64,000 nucleotides of DNA from Chloroflexota bacterium (GTDB lineage Bacteria > Chloroflexota > UBA11872): positions 918,499-982,498 of the forward strand of contig OZ244802.1 in the NCBI GenBank assembly GCA_965220135.1, read 5' to 3'. The notes beneath the pieces are model-generated. The model worked only from the letters and a program-made list of their open reading frames with translations, was not told the DNA's origin and ran no database searches. Each line of letters starts with the position of its first letter. Within the stretch, counting starts at the first letter, position 1. This document shows, piece by piece, positions 1-7,502 of this stretch. The translations under genes and the position numbers were made by a program.

Positions 1-1127
1 CGCAACTTCCCTCGCTCCGGGTCCGGCTCCGGCAGCCCCGCATTCGCCAGTTCCTTGCGCAGCGGGTGCTCGCCCCGCTCCAGCGGAAAGTCCACCCGCG
101 ACCGGCTGAAGTGCGAGACCCACGCCCCGTCCATCATCTCCATCACGGCCCGGCCCTCGAACCCGCCGCACTCGTGCTCGCGGTCCTCGTCCAGCACTTG
201 CACCGTTTCCTCGGCCATCCACAGGTCGCCGCCCGCGTGGTCGTAGTAGTCGTGCCCGTGCAGGTACCGGTCCTCGTCGGCCAGCTCGTATCGCTCCCAC
301 GGCGTGTCGTCCACGACCTCGTCGCGCCCGCGTCGGACGAACAGCTCCCGCGAGTTGTACAGGCACAGCGCCCCGTCCTCGCCGTAGATCTTGATGTGCA
401 CCCAGCCGCTGCCCGACACGCTGCGCCGGTGCATTTCGGCGAAGGCAGTCAGGCCGTTCTCGAACTCATAGAGCGCCGAAATGTCCTCGCCCGCCAGCAG
501 CCCGAAGCCGTACGAACCCTCCACGATGTCCGCGGCCGTGGTTGGACGCCCACCGGTCAGGCACATGGCAACCACGCTGCGCGCATTGCCCGCGAACCGG
601 CGCGTGCCGTTCAGCATGTGCGTGCCGATGTTCAGCATGTCGTAGCCGCCGTAGTAGCCCTTACCGCGGATCTTGATCGTCGTCAGCGGACCGATCTCGC
701 CCGCGTTGATCAGCCGGTCCGCCACGTTGAACGTCGGCGTCGTCCGCATCTGGTGATGAATCGCCAGCCGCGTCCCGTTGGCCTCCGCCAGCTCCAGCAT
801 CCGGTCGGCGTCGGTCAGGCTGGTCGCCATTGGCTTTTCCACGATGACGGCCTTCGGCGCCCTGTGTTCAAGCACCCCGATCGTCAGCGGCGCGTGCAGG
901 TCGGTACGCGTCGGAATGTTGACGATGTCCAGGTTCTCCTGGTCCAGCATCGCCCGGAAGTCGCTGTACGTGCGCTCCACCCCGAACTCCGCGGCCGCGT
1001 CACCCAGCCGCTCCGGATCCACGTCGCACAGCGCCGCAATCTCCACCCGCGGATGCAACATGTACGCCCGCGCCTGGCTCAACCCCCGCGGCCCAACCCC
1101 CAAAAACCCCACTCGGTACGTCGTCAT
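1..1127 (-). CDS. Gfo/Idh/MocA family NAD(P)-dependent oxidoreductase (3' end runs off window start)
   Basis: Minus-strand ATG at 1127..1125 preceded by GAGGAG RBS. Translation MTTYRVGFLGVGPRGLSQARAYMLHPRVEIAALCDVD... has a Rossmann GxGxxG motif and EKP motif. The reading frame is open to the window edge, so it is absent from the ORF track (no stop inside the window). The + strand ORF 66..1172 is its antisense shadow. Confidence 0.8.
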   Translation of the reverse strand, partial: MTTYRVGFLGVGPRGLSQARAYMLHPRVEIAALCDVDPERLGDAAAEFGVERTYSDFRAMLDQENLDIVNIPTRTDLHAPLTIGVLEHRAPKAVIVEKPMATSLTDADRMLELAEANGTRLAIHHQMRTTPTFNVADRLINAGEIGPLTTIKIRGKGYYGGYDMLNIGTHMLNGTRRFAGNARSVVAMCLTGGRPTTAADIVEGSYGFGLLAGEDISALYEFENGLTAFAEMHRRSVSGSGWVHIKIYGEDGALCLYNSRELFVRRGRDEVVDDTPWERYELADEDRYLHGHDYYDHAGGDLWMAEETVQVLDEDREHECGGFEGRAVMEMMDGAWVSHFSRSRVDFPLERGEHPLRKELANAGLPEPDPERGKL

Positions 1128-1256
1128 CGCTATCTCCTCGCGGCACGGTCCCCCGTTAGCCGCGAACCGTAGCAGACGCGCCGTTCTCGGCCCGGTTGAC
1201 GTACCAATCCGGTGGGCGCAGCATTCCCTGAGCCATCAGGTTGGGAGTTCCGGTCC

Positions 1257-2684
1257 ATGAACGTCGTCCTCGTCGTCTTCGACACCCTCCGCAAAGACCA
1301 TCTCGGCGCCTACGGCAACGACTGGATCCGCACCCCCCACTTCGACGCCTTTGCCGCTCAGGCCATCCGCTGCACCCGCGCCTTCCCCGAGGCCCTGCCC
1401 ACCCTGCCGTTTCGCCGCGCCCTCCACACCGGCCAGCGAACCTTTCCCTACGTCGGCCACCGCGACTACAAGGGCGACTTCTCCGGCGCCCCCGGCTGGG
1501 GCCCCATCCCCGAAGAGCAGGACACCGTCTCCGAACTGCTGACCGACGCCGGCTACCGCACCGCCCTCTTCACCGACTGCTACCACCAGTTCAAGCCCAG
1601 CAAAAACTTCCACCGCGGCTTCGCCGAGTGGCAGTGGATTCGCGGCCAGGAAACCGACCGCTTCCGCTCAGGCCCTGCGCTTCCGCCCGACGCCATCCGC
1701 CGCCACGTCCCCGAACGCCTGCCCGAAAAGCACCAGCGCCGCGAATTCTTCACCCAGTACCTCACCAACAACCTGTTCCGGCGCGAGGAAGCCGACTACT
1801 ACCCCGCCCGCCTCTTTAACGACGCCGCCCGCTGGATCTATGACAACGACGACGCCGACGATTTCTTCCTCGTCGTCGACTCCTTCGACCCCCACGAACC
1901 CTGGGAGCCCCCCGCCAGCTACCGCCGCCTGTACGACCCGGACGATGACGTCACCGACATCATCCAGTCCCTGTATGCCCCCAACGGCAACGTGCTCAAC
2001 GAGCGCGAAGTCAAGCGCATCCAGGCCAACTACTCTGGCGAGGTCACCCTCTGTGACCGCTGGTTCGGCCACTTCATGGAACAGCTCGAACTCTCCGGCC
2101 GCGCCGACGAGACCATCGTCATCGTCGCCTCCGACCACGGCCACAACCTGCGCTACCCCGACGACAAGGACCTCATCAGCAAGCAGGGTCACCCCCTGAC
2201 TCGCGCCGTGGCCGACCTGGTGCTGCTGGTCCGCTACCCCGACCGCGCCCGCGCTGGTGAGACCTACGACGGCCTTGTCACCAACACCGACATCGCCGCC
2301 ACCGTCCTCGCCGCCGCCGGCGTCCAGGCGTCCACTGAAGGCCGGGACATCGGCCTTGCCCTCCGCGAAAACCTCCCGTCGCACCGCTCCCACGTCAGCA
2401 TCGGCTGGGGCCCGCTCATGACCGTCGTCACCGACGACTGGTGGTGCAACGCCACCATCTGGGGCGAAGAACCGCTCCTGCACAAGCTGCCCGACGACGA
2501 AATGCTCCGCACCAACGTCGCCGACGACCATCCCGACGTTGTCGAGGAACTCATCAACCTCGCCATCGCCGACGCCGGCGGCGAAATCCCCGCCCAATTC
2601 GCCGAGTTCAAAGACCGCCCCGGCTGCACCCCTTACCTCACCGCCATCCAAAAAGGCGACGACTACGTAGCCCGCCGGAGGTAG
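1257..2684 (+). CDS. sulfatase-like hydrolase (alkaline-phosphatase superfamily)
   Basis: MNVVLVVFDTLRKDHLGAYGN... with the SDHGH motif typical of the sulfatase family. GGGAG RBS before the ATG at 1257. The canonical CxPxR formylglycine motif is not evident (LPTLPFRR at the expected position). Confidence 0.75.
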   Translation: MNVVLVVFDTLRKDHLGAYGNDWIRTPHFDAFAAQAIRCTRAFPEALPTLPFRRALHTGQRTFPYVGHRDYKGDFSGAPGWGPIPEEQDTVSELLTDAGYRTALFTDCYHQFKPSKNFHRGFAEWQWIRGQETDRFRSGPALPPDAIRRHVPERLPEKHQRREFFTQYLTNNLFRREEADYYPARLFNDAARWIYDNDDADDFFLVVDSFDPHEPWEPPASYRRLYDPDDDVTDIIQSLYAPNGNVLNEREVKRIQANYSGEVTLCDRWFGHFMEQLELSGRADETIVIVASDHGHNLRYPDDKDLISKQGHPLTRAVADLVLLVRYPDRARAGETYDGLVTNTDIAATVLAAAGVQASTEGRDIGLALRENLPSHRSHVSIGWGPLMTVVTDDWWCNATIWGEEPLLHKLPDDEMLRTNVADDHPDVVEELINLAIADAGGEIPAQFAEFKDRPGCTPYLTAIQKGDDYVARRR

Positions 2685-2687
2685 CGC

Positions 2688-3752
2688 CTAAGCCACGAAC
2701 TCTTCCAACCGCACCGTTCGCCCCTCCTCGCTGCTCCGCACTCCCGCCGCAGCAATGCGGATCGAGTTCAGATTGTCCTGGCTCGACGTCAGCGGTTCCC
2801 GGCCCTCATTCAGCGCCGCCATCAACTCGCCCATGCTCCCGCCGAACGCCTCGGGGAACCACGAACCCTCGATCGGAAACCGCACCCGCCGCTCCGGTTC
2901 GTCGCGCTGCGTCACCTCCACCCACTGCGGCGTCCCCGTAATCGAGCCCTGCGCCCCGTCGATATGCCAGAACTCCGATTGCCCTGCTTTGCTCTGCACG
3001 ATGTTGTTGAAGTGATCGATCGCCGTCAGGTCGCCGCTGTCGAAGTGCAGCGCCAGCGTGTGACTCAACGGTGAGACCGCGTTCTGCCCTTGCATCATCG
3101 CCGTTGTCGCGCTCACCGCGTCCGGCGTGCGTCCGCTGAAGTGACGGATCAGGTCCAGGAAATGCACTCCGTGGTCCACGATGTTGAAATTCACCACGTC
3201 CCGCCACCACTTGTCCGGCTGGTCCTGGTAACTACGACGCACGTGCGCCACGCTGAACAGCGGACCGCAGATGCCCGAGTCGATCAACAGCTTGATCGCC
3301 GCGTGCGCCGGCGCCCAGCGCGCCTGCTGGTTGATCATCAGCGTCACCCCGGCGTCCCGCGCCGAGCTCGACAGCCACGCCGCGTCCTCCCAGGTCATCG
3401 CAAACGGCTTCTGCGACAGGATCGGCTTCCCCGCCTCCAGCAGCGCCGGCCACAGTTCCAGACGAGCGTGCGGATGCACCGCCAGGTCGATCACCTCAAC
3501 CTGCGGGTGCTCCAACACCACCCGCGGATCCGTCCCCGCCGCCTCGATCCCCCACCGCGCCTGCGTGGCTTCCACCGCCGTCCGATCGATGTCGCTGCAC
3601 GCCACCACCTCGTACCCAAAGTCCCGGTACGCCGGCAGGTGAGCCCCGTTCGCAATCCCCCCGCACCCGATCACCCCAATCCGGTAGTGCCGCCCTCGCG
3701 GCGCCTTCGGCCGATAGTCCTCGGGAGTCAGTCGCAAGTCATCCAGGTTCAT
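2688..3752 (-). CDS. Gfo/Idh/MocA family oxidoreductase
   Basis: Start chosen at MNLDDLRLTPEDY...YRIGVIGCGGIANGAHLPAY (ATG 3752..3750). The longer ORF to 4040 reads through a repeat-rich intergenic region and is unlikely to be coding. C-terminal Gfo/Idh/MocA dimerisation domain. Confidence 0.8.
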   Translation of the reverse strand: MNLDDLRLTPEDYRPKAPRGRHYRIGVIGCGGIANGAHLPAYRDFGYEVVACSDIDRTAVEATQARWGIEAAGTDPRVVLEHPQVEVIDLAVHPHARLELWPALLEAGKPILSQKPFAMTWEDAAWLSSSARDAGVTLMINQQARWAPAHAAIKLLIDSGICGPLFSVAHVRRSYQDQPDKWWRDVVNFNIVDHGVHFLDLIRHFSGRTPDAVSATTAMMQGQNAVSPLSHTLALHFDSGDLTAIDHFNNIVQSKAGQSEFWHIDGAQGSITGTPQWVEVTQRDEPERRVRFPIEGSWFPEAFGGSMGELMAALNEGREPLTSSQDNLNSIRIAAAGVRSSEEGRTVRLEEFVA

Positions 3753-3816
3753 ATCCACCGCCTCGGCGCCGATCGACGAGAGATTGCCACGCTCGCCAGG
3801 CGTCACAATTGGCCCG

Positions 3817-3938
3817 CCCCCGCTCGTGGTGAGCCGGGCCGGTGTACTCACCGGACCGTGTCGAACCACCCCCCCGCCGGACCCCACCCCGTTCGTGGTG
3901 AGCCGACCGGGAGTCTTCGGACGGTCGTGTCGAACCAC
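3817..3938 (+). repeat. two tandem imperfect ~50-bp repeats with internal hairpin potential (CG[C/T]TCGTGGTGAGCCG...GTCGTGTCGAACCAC)
   Basis: Direct repeat units at ~3817-3870 and ~3887-3938, each flanked by GTGGT...ACCAC and containing GGTGAG...CTCACC / CCGACC...GGTCG inverted segments. They lie in the non-coding gap between a Gfo gene and the CocE-like gene. Confidence 0.55.
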
Positions 3939-3982
3939 AGAGCCGACAGCACCCAAGCTCTCCCCCTCCCGTCTGGCGTACC

Positions 3983-4008
3983 GGCCGGTTTCTAACCGGC
4001 CTCTTTTG
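3983..4008 (+). terminator. intrinsic-terminator-like hairpin on + strand (GGCCGGTT-TCT-AACCGGCC followed by TCTTTTG)
   Basis: Perfect 8-bp GC-rich stem, 3-nt loop and a downstream T-run on the + strand. No annotated + strand gene ends upstream of it (an orphan terminator). Confidence 0.5.
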
Positions 4009-4208
4009 AGCACCCAACCACCTGACCCCTTCCAGGCCACACCGCCCGCTCAGCCAGATCGAATGCACCCAACCTCCGCCCCCTTCACTCACTCCTCGAT
4101 TACTGTGACAACCGCGCAACGCGGCGCACCATCGACCGACCGCGGCCTGCCCGGCCGGGCATCATGGGACGCGCTAGCGGCGCACGGCTCCAACACTGAG
4201 GTGACGGC

Positions 4209-6086
4209 TTGATCACGAACCGGACCGACTCACGCCAGCCTGACGCTGGATATCAGGGCTCACACCGTGCCTACGACTCGGTCGTAATTCCCGACATCCT
4301 CATTCCGGCGCGAGACGGCGTGCAACTGGCAGCCGACCTCTATCTGCCCGCCCTCGACGGCCGTGCGCTTGAGGCAGAGTTTCCTGCCCTGATTGAGCGC
4401 ACCCCCTACCTCAAGGACTCCGGCCGCTACGCCCGCAAGGCGCACTGGTTCGCTCGTCGCGGCTACGCGGTCATCATCAACGACGTCCGTGGCCGCGGCC
4501 GTTCCGGCGGCGAGTGGTATCCGTTTGCCAAAGAGGCGCCCGACGGCTACGACGCCGTGGAGTGGATCGCGGTCCAGCCCTGGTGCAATGGCCGCGTCGG
4601 CACCATGGGCGCCTCCTACGCCGGGTCCGACCAGAGCGCCCTCGCCACCCTCAACCCGCCCCACCTCCGCGCCCAGCTCGTCGGCCAGGGCACCAGCAAC
4701 TACCTGATTTCTTCAATGCGCCAGGGCGGCGCCCTCGAGCAGCGCTTCATCAGCTACGCCTACCGCATGGCCATCACCAGCCAGGAAGCCGGGGCTGATC
4801 CCGACCTCGAGCGCGTCCTCCGCGCCGAGTTCGATCGCGTTCCCGAGATCCTGGGCCCGCCTCTCCGCTTCCGCCCCGGTCGCACCGCCCTCCGCTTCCT
4901 CCCGCTCTACGAGCAATGGGCCTGGGACATCCTCACCCACGGCGGCAGCGGCCCCTACTGGTCCCAGCGCGGCTACGCCATCGACGAGTACTGGCACGAG
5001 CACGCCGACGTCCCGGTCCTCTTCCAGAGCGGCTGGTATGACACTTATCCCCGCGGCGCCATCGCCAACTTTCACGCCCTGCGGCGTCTCAAGTCAAGCC
5101 CCATGTCCCTGCTCCTCGGGCACTGGCGCCACGGCGAATCCACGACCGAGGAGACGTCCGCCGGCGACGTGGACCTCGGCCTCGAATCCGCGCTGCCCCT
5201 TTACGACGACCTGCGCCTCCGCTTCTTCGATCACCACCTCAAGGACATGGAAACCGGCCTCGACCGCGAGCCGCCCGTCCGCTACTTCGTCATGGGCGGC
5301 CAGCTCGGCCGCTCGCCGGCCGACCTCGAGGGCCGCCTTTGGCACGGCGGCCGTTGGGAAAAGTCCGACCAGTGGCCCCCGCCCGACGCCGCCGAGACCG
5401 CCCTCTTTCTGCAGGCGGATGGCTCCCTCGCCACGAACCCACCCGACGCCTCTACCGACCCGACCCGCTACACCTTTGACCCGCGCAATCCCGTCCCCAC
5501 CACCGGCGGCTCCATCAGCGCCGCCGAGGAGGCGCTGCCCTCCGGCGGCTTCGACCAGCGCGGCCAGCCCGGCCGCTTCCACGGCCACCACGACACCCTC
5601 TCGCTCGCCAGCCGGCCCGACGTGCTCAGCTTCGAGACCCCGCCGTTCGACGAAGCGTTCGAAATCGCCGGCCCCGTCGAGGTCGTGCTCTACGCCTCCA
5701 GCAGCGCTGTCGACACAGATTTCACCGCCAAGCTGCTGGACGTCTACCCGCACAGCCACGAAACGCCCGGCGGCTACGAACTCAACCTGGCCGACAGCAT
5801 CCTCCGCGCCCGCTATCGCAACGGCTTCGACCGCGAGGAGTTCCTCGAGCCCGGGGAAATCTACGAGTTCCGCATCGTCCTCTACCCCACCGCCAACCGC
5901 TTCGCTCCCGGCCACCGCCTGCGCGTGGACATCTCCTCCTCCAACTACCCCCGTTTCGACGCCAACCCCAACACCGGCGAGCCTTTAGGCGAATCGCGGC
6001 GCGTCGAGCCGGCCCACCAGGCCGTCTACCACGACCCCAACCACCCCAGCCGCCTCCTCATCCACGTCCGGCCTGTCGCGGAATGA
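4209..6086 (+). CDS. CocE/NonD family hydrolase (X-Pro dipeptidyl-peptidase S15-like alpha/beta hydrolase)
   Basis: 625 aa. DGVQLAADLYLP...RGRGRSGGEW... and the C-terminal beta-sandwich domain are typical of CocE/NonD. TTG start at 4209 with a GAGGTG RBS 7 nt upstream. Confidence 0.8.
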   Translation: MITNRTDSRQPDAGYQGSHRAYDSVVIPDILIPARDGVQLAADLYLPALDGRALEAEFPALIERTPYLKDSGRYARKAHWFARRGYAVIINDVRGRGRSGGEWYPFAKEAPDGYDAVEWIAVQPWCNGRVGTMGASYAGSDQSALATLNPPHLRAQLVGQGTSNYLISSMRQGGALEQRFISYAYRMAITSQEAGADPDLERVLRAEFDRVPEILGPPLRFRPGRTALRFLPLYEQWAWDILTHGGSGPYWSQRGYAIDEYWHEHADVPVLFQSGWYDTYPRGAIANFHALRRLKSSPMSLLLGHWRHGESTTEETSAGDVDLGLESALPLYDDLRLRFFDHHLKDMETGLDREPPVRYFVMGGQLGRSPADLEGRLWHGGRWEKSDQWPPPDAAETALFLQADGSLATNPPDASTDPTRYTFDPRNPVPTTGGSISAAEEALPSGGFDQRGQPGRFHGHHDTLSLASRPDVLSFETPPFDEAFEIAGPVEVVLYASSSAVDTDFTAKLLDVYPHSHETPGGYELNLADSILRARYRNGFDREEFLEPGEIYEFRIVLYPTANRFAPGHRLRVDISSSNYPRFDANPNTGEPLGESRRVEPAHQAVYHDPNHPSRLLIHVRPVAE

Positions 6087-6111
6087 CCGCCGGCTGCTCG
6101 GAGGAGTGGAA

Positions 6112-6648
6112 ATGACCGATCTAACGGTCGATAAGACCCGTCTGACGCTCGTCTGGGGCGACATCACTGTTCAGAAGGTCGACGCCATCGTGAACGCCGC
6201 CAACTCCGCCCTCAGGGGCGGTGGCGGCGTGGATGGCGCCATCCATCGCGCCGGTGGCCCCGACATCATGGCCGAGTGCCGCCGCATCGGCGGCTGTCCC
6301 ACCGGCCAGGCCGTCCGCACCACCGCCGGCCGCCTCTCCGCCAACCACGTCATTCACACCGTCGGCCCCGTCTGGTCCGGCGGCGATGCCGGCGAGCCCG
6401 ACCTGCTCGCCTCGGCCTACCGCCGCTCCCTCGAAGTGGCCGCCGCCCACGGCGCCCGCACCGTCGCCTTCCCCTCCATCAGCACAGGCGTCTACGGCTA
6501 TCCAAAGGACTTGGCCGCGGAGACCGCGCTGGATGCTGTGACCACCGCCGTCATCAACCTCGACATCGACCAGGTCCGTTTCGTCGTCTTCGGAGACGAC
6601 GACCTCGAGATCTACCAGCGGGCCATGCAGGCACGGGCGTCCGAGTGA
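6112..6648 (+). CDS. macro domain protein, O-acetyl-ADP-ribose deacetylase (YmdB/MacroD-like)
   Basis: LTLVWGDITVQKVDAIVNAANSALRGGGGVDGAIHRAGG...VAFPSISTGVYGYP is the canonical macro-domain signature. ATG at 6112 with a GGAGGAG RBS. Confidence 0.9.
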   Translation: MTDLTVDKTRLTLVWGDITVQKVDAIVNAANSALRGGGGVDGAIHRAGGPDIMAECRRIGGCPTGQAVRTTAGRLSANHVIHTVGPVWSGGDAGEPDLLASAYRRSLEVAAAHGARTVAFPSISTGVYGYPKDLAAETALDAVTTAVINLDIDQVRFVVFGDDDLEIYQRAMQARASE

Positions 6649-7286
6649 CGAACGACGCCGAACAACGCGCCGCTCGCCGCACCCGCGAGCATTGGGAGGC
6701 CAGGTACCAACAGCGCGAAACGCCCTGGGACGACGGCCAACCCTGGCGCCCGCTGCCCGATCTCCTTGCTCGTTTCGCCCCGCCCGGCGGGCGGCTGCTC
6801 GACATCGGCTGCGGCCTCGGCGGCAAAGCCGCGCAGATGGCCGCCCTCGGCTATCGAGTCCTCGGCGTCGACATCTCCCAGGCCGCAATCGACGAGGCCC
6901 AACGCCTGACTGCCGGTCTGGATGGAGTACTCGAATTTCGCCGCGCGAATTTCCTCGAAGAGTTCCCTGACACCCCATTCGACCTCGCTTTCGACCGCAG
7001 CGTCTGGGCCACCTTCGACGAATCGGGCCGCGCCGCGTTCGCCGGCCAGGTGGCCAAATGGCTCGTGCCCGGCGGTTACTGGATCAGCCTCACCGGCTGC
7101 GCCGACAACCGCGATCCCGAAACCGGCAAACCCGACCCGCGCGGCTATCCCAGGCACTCGCTCCAGGTCATCGTCGCCTGCTGCGAGCCCCACTTCGAAA
7201 TCCTCGAAGTCCGCCGCGAACCCTTCGGCGCAACCCCCGACACCGACTTCACCGCCTGGGCGACGGTCATGCGCGTTCGCTCGTAA
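6645..7286 (+). CDS. class I SAM-dependent methyltransferase
   Basis: LLDIGCGLGGKAAQMAALGYRVLGVDIS is the SAM-binding motif I. The GTG start overlaps the macro-domain stop (GTGA), indicating translational coupling. An alternative internal start is possible. Confidence 0.7.
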   Translation: MTNDAEQRAARRTREHWEARYQQRETPWDDGQPWRPLPDLLARFAPPGGRLLDIGCGLGGKAAQMAALGYRVLGVDISQAAIDEAQRLTAGLDGVLEFRRANFLEEFPDTPFDLAFDRSVWATFDESGRAAFAGQVAKWLVPGGYWISLTGCADNRDPETGKPDPRGYPRHSLQVIVACCEPHFEILEVRREPFGATPDTDFTAWATVMRVRS

Positions 7287-7502
7287 GTGCGGCGGGATCC
7301 AAGGACTGCGGGCTGAGGCATGGCTGGAGACTGAGTGGTTTGTCGAGGTTCGTAGACTAAACGGGTCCACGAGAGCCCGAGCCACACGAGAGCCAGAGCC
7401 AATAGTGATTGCATTCCGGATTGCGGTGTGGATGGTCCTCGAGGTGTCGTGCAAGTCGCTGAGAGGAATCGGCGAAGTCGAGACTCCTCGTAGAGTCTCG
7501 GG

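Noticed and set aside
66-1172. 368-aa + strand ORF rich in Arg/Val/His
   Set aside because: It is the antisense shadow of the well-supported minus-strand Gfo/Idh/MocA gene. It shows no motif and a low-complexity composition typical of high-GC out-of-frame ORFs.
1668-2651. 327-aa minus-strand ORF inside the sulfatase-like gene, plus similar long antisense ORFs (5094..5915 -, 6121..6978 -, 7891..8409 -, 10913..11515 -, 22400..23518 -, 23744..24400 -, 56115..56966 -)
   Set aside because: All are Gly/Ala/Arg/Val-rich shadows opposite genes with clear homology-type signatures. They are high-GC artefacts.
3800-3940. Possible CRISPR array
   Set aside because: There are only two repeat units, about 50 bp each, imperfect, with internal palindromes and no spacer-like unique segments. 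No cas genes are nearby.
3784-4212. 142-aa + ORF and 126-aa minus ORF spanning the repeat region
   Set aside because: They are Pro/Arg/Thr-rich and overlap the tandem repeats and the terminator hairpin. They are more plausibly non-coding.
7287-7502. Canonical oriC with multiple DnaA boxes
   Set aside because: Only one near-match (TGTGGATGG) was seen by eye, and dnaA/dnaN are not adjacent. The strand-bias switch is real, but assigning the region as an origin is not supported by box content alone.
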